Assembly: GCF_036321535.1 (NCBI RefSeq)
Contig: NC_087472.1
Span: forward strand, 99,326,001-99,390,000
Origin: Camelus dromedarius
Taxonomy: Eukaryota
Direction of reading: 5' to 3'
Length of the DNA: 64,000 bases
The notes under the pieces are model-generated. The model did not search any database and was not told the origin of the DNA. It worked only from the letters and a program-made list of their open reading frames with translations. Shown piece by piece: positions 61,947 through 64,000 of this stretch. A program made the translations under genes and the position numbers. The first letter of the stretch is position 1. Each line of letters begins with the position of its first letter.

Positions 61947-62079
61947 TATTCTTCCCCCTTCCCTGGCCGTTTTAATTCTGGACTCAAGCAGGTGGCTGGC
62001 TTTAGACTTCAGGATGTTAGAAGGCTTGACAAAGCAGGGGTCCGATCTTTGGCTTTCTTCGTTCCGCTTGCCTTTTACA

Positions 62080-62338
62080 CGTCAGGCACTGCCAGGAAGA
62101 CATGCCTGGGCTAGTCTGTTGGAGACTGAGAGACAAGCAGGCCAAAGCCAGTTCGCCCCAGTTGTCCCAGCCAAGAACCAGGCAGACCCCAGACACAGGA
62201 GCCAGCTCAGCCGAAGTCAGCAGAGTCACCTAGCCAGCCGTCCCAAGTGTGCGGGCGCTAAGCACCTGTCGTTGCCTGGCATTGAGGTTTTGAGACTTTT
62301 TATGCAGCATGATTATGAAACTAGGTAATTGATATAAT
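62080..62338 (+). mobile_element. MLT1-type LTR 3' fragment
   Basis: gacacaggagccagctcagccgaagtcagcagagtcacctagccagcc...attgaggttttgagac...tatgcagcatgattatg...aattgatata. Confidence 0.55.
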
Positions 62339-62449
62339 AGGCAGAAATTGGAAGAATGGGACACTCAAGCGTCTCCTGCAGAGACTCCATTAGAAAAACA
62401 GCTTTGTGTGATAATAAGAACTATGACTTTAAATCAGGCTCCCCTGGTG

Positions 62450-62642
62450 AAACACTTGGGAAACGCTGAGTAAATGCAGATAACAGGTTTCTTGATGTAG
62501 GACTTCCCAGGGCCTTGGCTGTGAAATGGTACATTGTGAATCTCCAGCGGGAGGGAACGTTCAGAATGCAACATTTCTTGAACATTCAGTGAAGTATCTC
62601 ATGGGACGACGCTGCCCCAGGATACATTTTGGGACATGCTGG
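62450..62642. mobile_element. hAT-Charlie element (MER112/Charlie4z-like)
   Basis: ttgggaaacgctgag...acaggtttcttgatgtaggacttcccagggcc...cattgtgaatctcc...acattttgggacatgctg. Confidence 0.6.
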
Positions 62643-64000
62643 TCTCAGCACATCCTGTGCCATTTCGCTGCTAGCAGGAAAGTTGCCCTAGAGCAGGGGT
62701 ATAGTCTTTTTTTTTTTCTTATTGCTGTATCTCCAGGGCCTAGAGTAGCGCTTGCCTTGTCCTCGGCTCTTAAGAGATATAGATGGAGGGAGGGAGAAAA
62801 GTTGTGGTGTTTCTGACCCCTGCTCTTCCGGTCGTGCTGCGCCTCTGCCAACGATAAATGCCCTGGCTTTGTCTACCTGGTGAGCCCCAACTATGCTACA
62901 AAGCTCAGGGTACAAGTCCTCATTTCCCTGAAGACTTCTCTGACCTCCTCAAGTAAAGCTGGGTGATTTCGCCCACCATTATAAATACCAAGGTAGCCCT
63001 GCTTTGTCCATCTCCCCCTCAGCGCTGGGAGCCGCGCTGCTGCCGCCATCTTTCCCACCACACCAGGCACAGAGTCCATCACACTGTGGGTGCCTAGTGG
63101 CTGTGCGCTGGGAAGAAGCAGGAGGAGAAGGAGGGCGGGCGGGAGGAACAGAGGGAGAGGAAGGGGTCAAAAATAATATTCAGGGATCATTTCCTAAGAG
63201 CAAACAGTTAGTGATAATAAGATTGGAAAGGTTTCCTGCGGGCAGGTGGTAGAGAGACATGAATATAAGTAAACGAGTTCAGTCTTTGTCCTGAAGTCAC
63301 GAGGAGCCACTGATTAATATTTTTAAAAAGATGGTAGCATCAGATAAGCTTTCTCTGGAAATTGTTTTTTTGCCAGCAGGTAAAACACTATTGTTCTGTG
63401 TAGTCCATGGTAACCTGAACATGGTTTAAGTCATTTCCTTAATAGAGAAAATAGTACGTAGCAAAAGAGGGAAAAAAATGTTTCTGCAGAAATCCCTCAA
63501 CCTTTGTAAATGAATACAGAGACCTCGGTTGAATGGAGATGCTGCACTCAACTGGGGCCTGGGGACCAGAAGTGGTCACCCATGAGACCGAGCCAGGTGT
63601 TTACACATTAAATATTAAATCACATCTGCCCTGCATTGAAACAGGGAGGCAGGCACGAGTCCCAGGATGAGTAGTGTACAGTCAGAGTGGAATTAAATAT
63701 TTTCTACCCTTTAAATTGTCAAGCAGATGCTGGCAGTCTCCTCATGGCTATCACGCCTGCCAAAGTTGAAGGAATGGCTTGGGTTGTTTTTTTCTCTGAA
63801 GGCTACCCAGATAGCATAGGTATCGTAAATGTTCTACAGTAAGTAGGAGAAAATCAGAAGGTAACAAGTGTGCCTGTTTTATACACTTGTAGTCCTAACT
63901 AATTCAGAGCTGGCCGGGAGCACTGAACAAGCTAAATCTTATTTGTACTGACATTTAATAAGAGGTGAAAATTCAATTCTGCTCAAATCTAAACAAGCCA

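Overview
Mammalian non-coding genomic DNA, most likely from a camelid (alpaca/llama/camel). The basis is two copies of a tRNA-derived SINE that I recognise as camelid vic-1, cetartiodactyl-type L1 3' ends, and no Alu, B1/B2, Bov-A/Bov-tA or PRE-1. I found no host protein-coding exon I can support; the only protein homology I recognise is degraded LINE-1 ORF2. The window is a mosaic of interspersed repeats (L1, L2, MIR, MaLR/ERVL/ERV1 LTRs, hAT and Tigger DNA transposons) and unique stretches with enhancer-like motif content. Younger L1s show no strand bias, which fits an intergenic location. The most notable items are: (i) a complete ERV1-type solo LTR (34512-35139, minus) with a 23-24 bp-periodic CCAAT array, two octamers, a TATA box and a polyA signal; (ii) a tailless 53-nt U2 snRNA retrocopy with a target-site duplication (TSD); (iii) a tailless internal L1 endonuclease-region fragment with an apparent TSD; (iv) a vic-1 SINE carrying a 15-bp unique tag between two A-tails, suggesting capture of source-locus flank; (v) a strong CTCF motif; (vi) two GC/CpG-rich segments with G4 or Z-DNA potential. 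Repeat subfamily names come from recall of consensus sequences, and most old-repeat boundaries are approximate. I do not see convincing evidence of a new multi-component biological system.
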